A DNA stretch of 64,000 nt, taken from the NCBI GenBank assembly GCA_002189035.1, contig NEEC01000020.1, forward strand, positions 1,116,001 to 1,180,000, written 5' to 3'. Each line of letters starts with the position of its first letter. The stretch's first letter is position 1. Shown here one piece after another: positions 12,565 to 25,092 of the stretch. The notes beneath the pieces are model-generated. The model saw only the letters and a program-made list of their open reading frames with translations, did no database searches and was not told the DNA's origin. Position numbers and translations under genes: made by a program. The DNA is from Utricularia gibba. Lineage: Eukaryota; Plantae; Magnoliophyta.

Positions 12565-14169
12565 TTACAATCCTTTTTGGCTTTTACTGAAAAAATGCTC
12601 AGCTAACTTATCCCTGATCATTCTTCCCGCTGGATCAGATTGCTTGCAAATACTTGCTTTATAACCAATATCATGATGAGTTGACAATGCAACATCTGGA
12701 TTCAGTCTGTCACCACAATCGATGATGATGTTATGAAGCAAACAACATACAAAGATGATGCTTGGAAGTTTCTGGCGATCTGGTCGCCACATGACCTTAT
12801 TGAGGATCCTCCAAGCTCCCTTCAGAAGTGAAAATGCCAAAACCGCAGAAGACATTGTGGTTTCGAGAATGGGCATGAGGTGATGGGCTAAATCAGTGAG
12901 CTCATCATCACTATGGTAAGGTGTTATAAGCCAGGGAAGAAGAGGGTAACCAGGACCACCAACTATGTATTCTCTAATATCCTCTCCATGAGACAACTGC
13001 TTCGAATTCCCATTCAGGCGTTCATCATTTTCACAGAGCTTGTAAAATCCAGAAAATTTGAGCAATCTTGAAATGGGCATACCCCCGGCCATCCAGTTAC
13101 AATGTCAAGAAACCTCGTATTAGAATCAACAACACCTTGCACAAACATGCTATAATTCTTCTTTTGATCACACCAATCATCTGAAGTTTGAATGGCAGGC
13201 AAAGTCATGATTATGTGAGTAGCATCTATTGCTCCACAGCAATTTGGCAGCCCAGAAAATGCTTCAAAACTGGATTTTACTCTCTCCATCTCAGTGGAAT
13301 CAGGCCATCTAAGATGATGCCTTGCACGTTCCTCCATAGCCTCGATGAATCTCCAAGTAACTTGTGACACTGTAGACTGTCCCACACCGAAGGAAGCTCC
13401 AACTGAAACTTGTGATTCACCAGAAGCTAGCCTTCTTAAAGCAATGGCAACCTGCTTCTTGACACTCAAAAGCCTTCCTTCAATGTTGATGAGGCCTGAA
13501 GGAGGTCGAGAAATGAGATCTTCTCGAACAAGTGAACATATGTACTCGAATGTGCCCTTTGATACCCGAAAAAAATGTTTGAAACCTTCTTCCTCATCAA
13601 GGGGTGCATTTGAATCTGAAAGACAAAAAAATATAAACAAAAAAAAAAAAGCCTTAACGATTTCCACCAAATGCTCTGAGCTAATATACATTTTCATTAG
13701 GCTATCAAGTGATACTAGCAGCATAAAAGTTGAACCTCTAGATTGACTACAGCAGTAAGACTCCAGGAAAAAGAGCTGTCTTCAAGATTCAAAGGTGTTC
13801 CCGAGAATAAACTACTCCAATTTTTAACATGGCCTAAATGAATTTCTTGCCAATAAAGAACAAAGCCTCATTTTAATCTAATCTTCATGACTCAAAATGC
13901 GTTTTTGCGTAGCCCCTATAAAACCACAATGTCATCTGCGTGACCCAGAAATAGCGCAAAAATGAAAGAATAAAACAAACTCAGAAACCTGGATCTAAAT
14001 AATTCTTCTTCCAAAACACTTCCCACCATTCACAGTCAAAGGCTGTGTTATCCACTGGAATCGTCCGATTAATCTTGCTCTTGAGCTCCAACTTCTTCTT
14101 CTTCCTATTCTTCTTTATCTTCTGAAATTTCTTTGCATCCTTGATTTTGCTGGCCTTCGGTGGGGCCAT
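12565..14169 (-). CDS. ALP1: ANTAGONIST OF LIKE HETEROCHROMATIN PROTEIN 1, domesticated Harbinger nuclease, apparent 1-bp frameshift
   Basis: Exons 14169-13989 and 13615-12565 (phase 1 intron). Matches ALP1 as I recall it: K-rich N terminus, DCEWWEVFW, YICSLVREDLISRPPSGLINIEGRLLSV.KQVAIALRRLASG.SQVSVGA.FGVGQSTVSQVTWRF, GAIDATH, KVMWRPDR.KLPSII.VCCLLHNIIIDCGD. The second catalytic Asp is replaced (VGGPGYPLLPWL). Frameshift at the C5 run 13082-13086. Confidence 0.92.
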
Positions 14170-14660
14170 GGCGGGATTAACAGAAAAATCTTGCAGCTGC
14201 GACGACATTCACATCGCCCTGAGGCGAATGAACCCGTGTCACAAAGAAAGACATGTGAATACACTAGCAAATTAATCTATTATCGATGATTTTCAACCGA
14301 AATGCAAAAATGCACCTCATCCCTGGAGAGTTCCAACACGAGAGTTACAATAAAACCCAAGAGAAACTTTCCCTCACCCAAGAAGAAATGCTGTGAACCG
14401 AAATTGAGCTGCAAGCAAGCACGAACTCAGAGACTGTGCCCACTTTCTACTCTCCCCTCTCTCGCACTTACCATGAAGAAAACGGAGAATATCCCTATCT
14501 GTTCGTCCCAACATTTATTATTTTATTTTATGGAATTATTAGATGATAATCTACAGTTAACCAATGTTGTAGATAACTTTTATAATTTAATTTTACTTCT
14601 AGATATATTTTTGAAAAATAGAAGTAAACCTAACAAAAAGAATTTTGGTAGAAACTAAAG

Positions 14661-14889
14661 TAGTGTTTTAGAAATTTTTAAAATTTATTTCTACTTTTTA
14701 AAAATAAAAATATTTTTATTTTAAAATATTTTTAATTATAAAATTAATTCTATTAAAAATATTTTTAAAATTATACTATAAAAATTATTTTTTAAAAAAA
14801 TAAAGAATTGATTATTTTTATTTTGTATTTATATTTTCTAAAATAATATTAAAAGTAAAAACATGTTTAAAATTTTTTTCAAAACACTA
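14661..14889. mobile_element. AT-rich MITE-like inverted repeat upstream of ALP1
   Basis: TAGTGTTTTAGAAATTTTTAAA at the left end versus rc TAGTGTTTTGAAAAAAATTTTAAA at the right end. Confidence 0.5.
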
Positions 14890-16726
14890 TTTAAATCTAT
14901 TCTTGAAAAGTATAACATGTGTAATTTTTGTAAAAGTTTTTTTTATCTTATAATTTCAAAAGCAATTTTATTAAAAGTACTTTTAAAATTTATGGTGTTT
15001 TGAAAAAAAAAAACTTTTATTAATGTAGAAGTAAAAATAAATTATATAAGTTTTATAAAACATTACTTTAATATACACATCATGTTTGAGGTTTGTAGAA
15101 GAAAATAAAAAAAAAAATATGATGAAATGAAGCTCTCAAGAAGAGAAACCCTATATGGAGTGCAATGAATGACATTGGGGAAATTCCAATATGCCTCAGA
15201 GACACGTACAAGAAGAGAAAATTTCTTCAACAAAATGAAGAGGGTTTATATAGATACAAAAACTATTGACATTGGTTAACTTACAAATTTGAAATTGCTC
15301 TCTTTACCATCAAAAATTGATCTTTCTTTTTTTTTTCTTTTTTTATGTAACTATCCAAAAAAATGTAGATAGGTACATAAGAGTGCATTAGTCTCATGTT
15401 GTCTCATTCTTCATAAATGAAATGCTTAACAAGCTTTTCCACATCATATTCTCTGGTTGAGTATGTCTTAAGCCTCCTTTTTGGGCATTCACTCTATTAG
15501 GCATAAACTTTGTCTAAAAGTTTCTTATGGGGTGACTTTTAATTCTAATTTTAAAGGAGGACAAAAGCATGATTTTCCTTCTTCATAACACTAAACTCTT
15601 GAACTTTAATCGAATGCTAGCATAACCCTATATTCCTATTATGAGGAAGGAAGAGTAACTTTAATCTCCACAGGAAATCCCTTACATTACATTTGTAATC
15701 CTGTACACAACTCATGTTATGAGGCCATTGAATTTAGCTCTCTCCAACAACCTTATAATAAGGGATTTAACCTACATGACAAGGTAAACCATGTTGAGAT
15801 TTCATTGGATAAGTGTCATTAGAGACTAATATAAGAAGATATTTTCCACAACCAACTAATAACAAGTACTTTGTTTAGGACTTGATAAGCCTAGACAATG
15901 ATGGATTGTCATTCTGCATGCAATCTAACAAAGGTCAATGGCTTATCTTCGAAATGGGGAATACATCCCCGTGAGCAAAACATATAATGAGCAAAGATTG
16001 TGAAAAGAGAAAGTCCTATCTTGCCATCAACCTTTTCTTCAAGTATATAACCATGAAAGAAGATGAAAATAATGATCGTCGAACATTTCTTTATGACAAT
16101 GATTGAAGTGGTTATCATAAGATTCCCACTATGTCCTAAGCTATGAGAGAGTCTTGCATAGGTCCGTCATCATCCTACCATCTTCCTAATGAGAAAATGT
16201 CTCTTAGATGTGAGATAAGACATTCCTCTATTCATCAATTTCTTAGATAAAATATGAACATTTTTGAGATTGTCACGTTTGAGAGCTTTGTGCCAATAGC
16301 CCAAGGTGCTTGTAGACACAACATGACGCTAAGTAGAAGTAAGTGGTGGTGTTATCATCCATGTTAAATCATAAACTTCATTACTTGCTTGTCTTGAGCA
16401 TATTATTAGGTTGCCACCAAAATTATGAATGGAGTAATAGTCATCCTTAGAGGAGATCTTAAATCTTTTTCAAATTAATTAGATTACACTTAAAAGGTTC
16501 ATTTTATGTATAGAAACCCACAACACATCATCAATAAATTTGAGATCAAATGGAGTTTGTAGTTGAGCCTTCCTTTTTCCACTAGCCTCAATTATAGCAC
16601 CATTATCAAGCTTAACACAACGGTTGATAGTTGTATCAAGAGAATAGAAAAAATACCTTTTTACTCACCATGTGAGAAGACGACACATGGTCAAGTTGCC
16701 AAGGGTCTTGAAGTGTGAGTTGTGCT

Positions 16727-19700
16727 TAGAGCTGGATACAAGTCATGTTCAACCAATCAAACTCATAGGTTGACCTATAATGAGTCAACTTGTGATTCAT
16801 ACTCATCACTAAATAGGATGCTAGAGTAGAAGTGGATATGAATGGATTCGACCTATTAACCTATATCCAATTATTTTAAAAATATATATAAAGTATATAA
16901 ATAAATTATAAATATACATATTATATATGAAACCTAATCTCACCTCCCATTCTCCCACTTTCATGCTATTTTCTTTTATGGTGCTCTCAAAGTCTCATTC
17001 TTCACACACTTGATTTCATTCTAGCAATCATATAAGACGAGTTGGGCTATTTTCATTGGTGTTGAGCATTGCAACGATTTGCTTGCTGATTCCATTCCAG
17101 TCATACTATTTATCCATTCTTTTCTTTTTTTTTTGCTCTTAGTTATAAAATAGTGTTGTTGCTGCGTTTTTTTAGTATTCTGGATTTTGTTTTGTTACTT
17201 TTATACATATTACTCTTAATTTGTTAAGTGTCCAAGTTTTCTTTCAAAATGATAGTCTTCAAATCCATCTTTTTCATTTGAGCCAACTCAAAATCCAATT
17301 TTCAATTTAGAATTAGAATATGAGTATGAAACTGAAGTTCGTGAATCTAACTCGAACCCAAATAAGCACAAGTCTTCTGAATCTCTAAATTGACATGATC
17401 ATTTTGTTTTTGAAAAAAACTTTGGATAAAGTGAAGTGTAAAATTGTGCTGTGGAATATAAATGTGGTAAAAGTAGTTCAACTACTAATTTTTTAAAGCA
17501 CATAAAAACTAAGCATTCTAATAAAGATTTTTCTTGTTAACAATCTAAATTAAATGTTGTTGATGATAATGTTAGTGTTAAATTTATTTTTGATGTAAAA
17601 TCTTCTCAAATGAAGTTAGAACTTTACTTGATTTTCTATGAAAAGGTTTTTAATGAAGTAGCAAATCATTATTTTGAAAAATTTATTACTTCTCATTTGC
17701 AATTACATTCTATATCATTTTCCAGAAGTGAGGCTGTTTCTATTGTATTAAAACAATTCGAAAAGAAAAAGTTGGTTGAATTTCAATATTCGAATCTTTA
17801 AAATGTAAAAATTGTTTAACTTATGATGTATGACATGGAAGAAATGGAGATAATTATGTTATTATTACTACTTTATGGGTAGATAACACATGGATCATGC
17901 AAAAGAGAAATCTAGCATTTTGACTTTACGAAACTCCATAAATAAATGCGCACATTGCCATGTTTATTTCTAATATTTGCTGTGAATACATGATTCATGA
18001 TTGCATTTTTCAGTTGCTTTAGATAATGCTTCAAAGAATTCGAGTTCTATTAGAATTTTGAGAACATGTATGACTTCTATGTTAAGTGGTGATTTTTTTC
18101 ATGTAAGATACGTTTGCCACATTTTAAATTTATGTGTTCAAGATATTTTAGAACTTGATTGTATTTCTAGTTTTTTTTTTATGAAAGTTAGTTAACATTC
18201 TGAAAATTTCTAATACGAAAAAAATAACTTTAAATACTAATGTGAAACTAATGGAATTTCATTTAAAATTTTAAAGTGTTATTTACCAATTAGATGGAAT
18301 TTCACATTTTTTATGATTTATTCTATGGTTCATTATGGAAATATAGTTGAAACTTTCTTAATTTATTTCCTAAATTAAATTGCAAGATAGTCAAAATGGA
18401 TTTTGAAAAATTAAACATTTTGGTTGACTATTTATCTATTTTTCATTGTTATATTATGCTTTTTAATAAAGTATATTATCCTAACATACATTTGATGTTA
18501 CATGCTCTAGTCCACATTACATTGTTGTTTAAAAAATATAGTAACATTAATTTTCTTAAATATTTAATTTTTAAAATGATTTCAAAATTTTTGAAATATT
18601 ATGATCTCATTCCAAGTTTAGTTTTTGCTACAAGTATACTTAATCGTAGAATTAAAGGTTGTAAATTACTGGCTAGTTTTAAAATTTTTTATGATTTTTA
18701 CAATTCTTATTAACTTGATGATATTTTTTTAAATGCAAATTCTATTTATGATTCTACGATACGTGCATTAGAACATTTATATGATTTTTATGACATTAAA
18801 CTCAGTAATCTTCAATCTGCATCCCAAGAGGATTAGAGTGATGCAATAGAAAGTGAAGATGATCATTATTCATTGGTCCAAGTTTCGACTACTAACAATA
18901 CAACATCAAAAGAAAATGAAGTTGCATTGTATAATGCAATGCATCAGCTTCATGGGAACAAGGGAGATAACTTTGATCTTCTGGACTGGTGGAAGACTAA
19001 ATCTTCTCATTACCTGTTTTGGCACAAGTTGCAAGAGATGTGCTCACATCTCCATCATCAATGGTGGTTTCGCAAAGTGCATTTAGTGAACGGGTCGAGT
19101 TCCAACATCAAAAAGATCTTCCTTGACTCCAAAGACATTGGAAGCATGTGTACGCTTGAGAGATTTGTTATGTGCTAATCAAAGAGTATAGAATTTAACC
19201 ATCAACAAAGAAGAGGAAGATGATATAGATAACAACTAAGAGTTATGAAGACTTCAAATGATACAGGTAATTTATCAAAAAAAATATTTTTAACTCCACT
19301 GTGTTTAAATCATTTGATGTGATCTTGGCTATAAAAAGAAGATATTTGATTTTTTGTAGCTGATTGATTTTCTTCTCTTTTCCAATAGTTGTTGATTTTT
19401 CCCTAAGTATAACATGTCCTTGACTAATGAGCCCATTATCCCTTCTAAGTTTTTTCTTGTAAAGGGCATCAACAAAGAAAACTCAAAATCCATAAAAAGA
19501 AAAACTCATTCAAGACAATAGATCTGAAGTAGTAAAAAAAAAACTTTTATTTTTGAAATTTCAAAGAGCCTCCAGCACAATGACACATCTAAGAAGTCCA
19601 TTGTTCGAATATAGAAATTGAAATTGCAGTTGGGTGTGGAATGAACATTGTTGGAGGGAAACCACTTGATCTTAACTTTTTTCTTTGAATCAATTGCTTT

Positions 19701-20725
19701 TTTATTTTAAAATTTTATTAGTATTCGATCTCTATCACCAATTTGGCTCAATCACATTGTTTTTTATTTTTTAATTTCTTTTAGCTTTCAATCCTAACAT
19801 CTTCACTAGATCGATTCCTTACGCATAACCCACATCTGTCAAATGTTCGATCTTTATCTCTTCTTTAGCTTGAGTGATTTGTTTTTTATATTTTAATTTC
19901 TTTCAGCATTCAATCTTTATGTCTTCTTTTGATTGATTGTAATAACCACTTTGTGATACACAAAGAGACGTGGGTAACATGTAACCCACACCCATCAGCT
20001 GTTCGATCCTTATGGCTTGGCTGGATCAAGTCCATTATTTTTTATTTTTAAATTTCCTTTTGTAATCGATCCTCAGGTGTTGTTTTGATCAATTGCAGAA
20101 ACTACACTCACGTGGCTTCAAGATACATCCATGGATGTGGGTTACTAATCTATTAAATTATTTTATATTATATAAAGCTTTTACTTTCAAAACTTCAAAG
20201 CAAAATACGGATATGTAAAAAGAATTAATGGAAAAAAATAAGAAATGAATATTCTTTTTTTGTAATGAGGGATAAACATGTAAATTTACAAAGAGAAATA
20301 GAAATAAAAAATAGGAAGTGACTCAAAGCTACTTTTTATATTCAATGTATTTTGTAATAAATAGAATTAGTTGAGAAATTAAATGTAGAAAGCATAATGT
20401 GGTTTTGCAATAATTTATTTTTATTTTTACATTTTTTGAGAAGTAGAATTAAAAAAAAAAGTAATTACCTTGAGCTCCAACCCTATGTATTCATCCACAT
20501 ATCAGATATACATATACAAAATATTAAGAATGTGAAAAATATGCTAAACAGATAATAAAAGTTAAAAACTCTGAAACCCATAGGTTCAACTCAACAGTTC
20601 AACTCAATTACGAGCCGGGTTAAGGACTTAACCCACATGAGTTTGGCCCACCAAGTCAGCTACTTAATTTTTGACTTGATGAGTTGGACTCATTTCCGTA
20701 CAAGTCCGACCTATTCCCATTTCTA
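16727..20725 (+). mobile_element. Decayed autonomous-type hAT DNA transposon (~4.0 kb)
   Basis: Broken transposase at ~17390-19200: BED finger (DHF..VKC..C..EYKCGKSSSTTNFLKHIKTKH), LDNASKN, FFHVRYVCHILNLCVQD, LPIRWN, and the hATC region (FDLLDWWK..VARDVLTSPSS.V.SQSAFS). Degenerate TIRs TAGAGCTGGATACAAGTC / rc TAGAAATGGGAATAGGTC; TSD-like GTTGTGCT / GTGTTGCT. Confidence 0.8.
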
Positions 20726-21640
20726 GTGTTGCTGCAATAGAATAGGATTCAACCAAGATAAACATGTACTCTGCTTTCCCTAATCTATCTAATTGTAGAG
20801 TTGGGATCGTGATGAAGCAAGCAAAAACAATGACATTGCTGCTTGGAGAGTACCGTTTTTCTTGGTGAAATAAATTTTGTCCACATGGCCAAGCTGCCTC
20901 CACATGATTGCATCTGGTCTTTTGCAACAATATTTTGCTAGAATGAGCAAGGCAAGCCACTAGTACACTGATGATCCACTCATTGTCTATTGAGCTGCTA
21001 TAGCTCGTATTGTAGTAGAATTGTCCCTTAGTATGTTGAGAGCTTCAAGAGAATTCATGGCCTTAGTCATAGTTAACTGATGATCATCTACTCTATTTTC
21101 AAGTACACTAACCTTAGGCTCAAATTGAAGCAAAAGATAGTGTAGAATTTTCTTTGCAATGAAAAGCTTGTCCTTGTGAACACTTAACATCTCAAGCTAA
21201 TTACAATTTTAGATACATGATCAACCTATTGCTTGATTGATTCAATGAAGTATATTTTTAGACCGTCAATCTCTGTTCGAGATTGGTAACGGTTAGTTTC
21301 TTTATAAGCTTATTACCCTCAAATTCAAGATTTAGTTACACCTAGAGTTCTCATAGATCTTTATCCATGGTATGATCGATCAATCAAGACCTAAAAAAAT
21401 GACCATGTTAGCTGATTCTTTTCTTTTTAAAAGTTCTTCATATCTAGCTATGGTAGCTGCTGAATTCACTATTAGTTTTGGAACAAGAGCATCCATCTCA
21501 GCATCCCATGACTTTGTTATGCTCAAGTATAGCTATTCCCACACTACATAATTTGAGTCATCAAATTTCCAAACTACTAATATCATGGTTGCATCCATGA
21601 GTATATAGGATATCATGGGGAGGAGGGGGGAGGGGTTCAA

Positions 21641-21653
21641 GACTTTGATACCA
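21641..21653 (-). other. Primer-binding site (tRNA-iMet type) of the minus-strand Copia
   Basis: rc TGGTATCAAAGTC resembles the canonical TGGTATCAGAGC and lies 2 nt from an LTR-like CA end at 21656. Confidence 0.7.
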
Positions 21654-22792
21654 AATGTTGGATCGTGTACTGAGAATAATCATCAAGTGTGCTGATGTAT
21701 GGATTCGTGTGCAAAAGCAACACTTAAACTGTTATGGTCGTTTTCAGGATATCCTTGAATAGAATAACATCTAAACCAAATCCAATGACGATAAATAAGA
21801 GATGCCTAACTACTCATTTGACAATTAAAAAACACTACAACTAGATAAGGCCACTCCTTATTATTGTAGTCATTATTCACCATAAAATTGCATAAGTAGA
21901 ACAGAATTGAGCACCAAGATGACTTGATCTATGATGACACATGGATAGCTTGACAATGGTGTGGTAAGTTGGCTTCATCTCAAACAAGACTTGCATTTAT
22001 GTGAACTACAACACAGCAACTTAAGAAGAATAAAAACCAAAGATGGGGTGAGGAGTTCACATTTTTTCTAGATGAACCACCATTGAAAGAAAAGCTATAT
22101 GTTGAGATACTCAACAAAAACATCCAAACGTACCTACCCTCCATGCTTATAACTGTTTGTTTCATTGGTTAGTAGCCTTGGTTAAGTATATGGGGGTTGA
22201 TGCAAACTTGATTTGAATGGATCCATCTTACATCTAGTTAGGTGGCACAACATGATCTCATACACAATGGAAACCTCTTCATCTTCAATTACAACCAAGA
22301 AAGCTCTTAAGCTATGTGGTAGCCAACCTAAACGACATTGTCTACAATACACAAATCAATGAGAAGTCTTGATTGTGAAGCATGAGCATTTGCAATAAAT
22401 CCACTAAAATCGATCAACTAATGGTTTTAAATTAATCATTTTCTCATGTGTTTGTATTTTCAATATAATTGAAGTTGTTATACTGAAATACAAAGAAAAA
22501 TAATAAAAACTTCATAAATGATAAATCAGTAAAAACTATTGCATAACACACTTGGATGCTGCTACCACATTAGCATTCAGTTTTTCTTTGGCTAGTGTGA
22601 TGGCCTCTGCGTCTGCCCAACTATTTCACACAACCTTGAGATTTTACAGTTCCGAATGCCGCTCAGAGTATTGGAAGTACAGCAAGATGGTCACTTTTAT
22701 AAGCTTATAGTGTGTGCAGACACCCCCTTCACCTCAGATGCAGTTGATGCAGAGCCAACCATCCTCCCCTCCAAGCTCCAGCTTACAGCCGT

Positions 22793-25092
22793 TCATGCTA
22801 CTGTAATTTGAGTCACCACGACGGGGCTCCGGACGACATGCTTCCCATCTGTCCAGGAGATGGAACCATACACGGTCCCTGCATCACCACCCGACCCCAT
22901 ATTGTTACCATCAGCGTTTACAATCACGTTGTATCCCAGCTTCTTTACTCTCTCTGAGAACACCAACTCCTCTGGCTTCACACTGATCGTTAACCCACTT
23001 GGATGCTCGATTTTCACCCTGTAAACACTGTTGCTTTCACCCACATTCGTCACGGTTCTGTACAATGTCTTGGTCGTAACTTTGCTACGCCCGCTTGACA
23101 GCAGAACCGAGATTGATGGGTAGTTCAGATTCTCCGGCAAGCCCTTCCTTGCGGGGCATTTCACAGGTGACTTCGTTATGACCTGGATCGTGTTGGGGGT
23201 GTAATCAATGGCGCACAAGAAGGTCTCGTAATCCTCCTTTGATAAGTCATAGACGAGCCCAGGGTCCATGGCGAGATCAAGATTCAGATGCCCAGCTCCG
23301 TAATCTAAAGGGGTGGCTGGTTTTTGATCTGCTTCGTCCCTCATTTGATTGAATGAATTGTCTGATATGCTTGCGGTTGTCATCATGGCTGATCTGATTG
23401 CTGCAGGGCTCCAATCAGGATGAGCAGATTTCAGCAGCGCGGCTGCTCCACTGACATGTGGGCAAGCCATTGAAGTTCCGGATAAGATGTTGAACTCCAC
23501 TTTCCGAGCATCGGAATCTAATCCTGTTGGGCCAACAGCCTGCGTCCACGCCGCCAAAATGTTGACTCCGGGAGCAATCAAATCAGGTTTCAGCACCTGG
23601 GGGTTCAAACCATCTGGACCCCTTGCTGAGAAGGAAGCCACTACGGGAGCTGGTTTGATGCCAATCACAGTGCCTTCGAAGTTGAGACTTGCAGTTGCGG
23701 AAGGATTTGAAGCGAGATACTTCTTGATTTCTTCACCTTCATTGTAGCCGACGGAGCAAGCTGGAATCAAATGGGCATCGCCGATTAGGCCTTCGCCATT
23801 GGAAACTCCGTTTGCGAGGATCATTCCGACGGCCCCAGCTCTCTTGACAACAAGCCCTTTGGCTACACGGGGATTACTACCACGATCACAAATCACAATT
23901 TTCCCTCGGACGATTTGGGGATCAAGTGAATTTTCCATGCAAAGGGAAGCAGACAGGTCCCCTGATACGCCAGGGTAAATTAGAGGATACATTTTCCCGT
24001 TGAGAGGTCCGCCGGAGTACAAAGATACGCCGCGGAATTTTCTCCCGTCGCTGAGAACGACATCCGCCGGGAAATTTCTGTCGATGGTGCTGGCGCCAAC
24101 GGTGGTAAGCCAGGGGGCGAGATTAGTGACCGACATTCCACTGGGACCATCGTTTCCAGCGGAGGAAGAAACGAAGACACCCCTTGATGCGGCGCCGTAT
24201 GCTCCTATCGCAATTGGGTCAAGATAATAAGGAGAGGAAACTCCATCGCCGCCGCCCACAGAAATTGAAATGACATCGACGCCGTCTTTCACGGCGGCGT
24301 CGAATGCTGCCAAGATATCGGAATCGAAGCAGCCGGCGCTTCTCCAGCACACTTTGTAAACCGCGATACGCGCTTTGGGTGCCACACCTTTCGCGATTCC
24401 GGAGGCGTAGCCCTCCATACTCGCCTTGAATGCGTATCTTCCGGCGGCGGTGGAAGCGGTGTGAGTCCCATGGCCTTCGGCATCGCGCGGAGACTTGAAC
24501 TCGATTGTCTCGTTGATTCCCCCAAAAATTGAACCAAAACCAGATGAAGCCTCGTGTCCCTTCAAAAAGAACCTCGCGCCGACTATCTTTCTATTGCAAT
24601 TCTGCTGGCTGAACTTCACGCCACTCTCACAAGCCCCCTTCCACCGTTTCGGCACAGGCCCGAGATTCAGATCTATGAAACTCCGATGCTCCGGCCAAAT
24701 CCCCGTATCAAAGATCCCAATGATTACATCAGACCCATAATCCGATTCATACCACAACCCTTCTGGTTCCTCAGGCCAATGAACTGCGGTGAACGGGTTG
24801 TGTGCAGCTGCCGGCGTTTATCCTCGAATGCCGAGACAACCGACGGATGCTCGCGAAGCGCCGCCGCTTTGGCCGGAGTGAGCAACGCCGAGAACCCATG
24901 AAAAACAGTATCATACACATGCAGTATCTTATCAGGCTCAGTGAACTCCGCAGTATACCAATGGTAGTGAGTTGGAAAAATCAACGGCTTAGACGAATCA
25001 TCAACGCTGACTATGTACGTCGTTGGCGCCTCTAGCGCAGAAACCACAGCTAAAAGCACGAAAACAGATAGATAACGAAGCAGAGAAGCCAT
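22793..25092 (-). CDS. SBT1.6: Subtilisin-like serine protease SBT1.6-like, intronless, apparent 1-bp frameshift
   Basis: Signal peptide MASLLRYLSVFVLLAVVSA, I9 prodomain (YDTVFHGFSA..RQLHTTRSPQF), triad DTG / HGTH / GTSMACPH, PA domain and C-terminal FnIII-like region. Span is 2300 nt; 2301 would give 766 aa. Frameshift at 24756-24757. Confidence 0.93.

Larger units (their letters stand above)
15400..21800 (-). mobile_element. Decayed Ty1/Copia LTR retrotransposon, interrupted by a hAT element (outer limits approximate)
   Basis: Minus strand: LTR end ..CCAACA, then PBS TGGTATCAAAGTC, then a gag remnant (WKFDDSNYVVW, degenerate knuckle CNH..RQLGHVDKI). Beyond the hAT insert lie a protease-like motif WQLDHVSSSHM and VKLDNGAIIEASGK..KFIDDVWV..MNLLSV. 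Many stops and frameshifts. Confidence 0.7.

Noticed and set aside
13901-13962. 8-bp inverted repeat TTTTTGCG/CGCAAAAA in the ALP1 intron, considered as a possible intronic snoRNA
   Set aside because: No C/D or H/ACA boxes in the right positions, and the stem is too short.
21900-22400. Scattered Copia RT/RNase H-like peptides on the plus strand (VVSWLHLKQ)
   Set aside because: Too fragmentary and out of order to delimit an element.
23487-25035. Plus-strand ORFs overlapping SBT1.6
   Set aside because: Antisense shadows of a GC-rich CDS.
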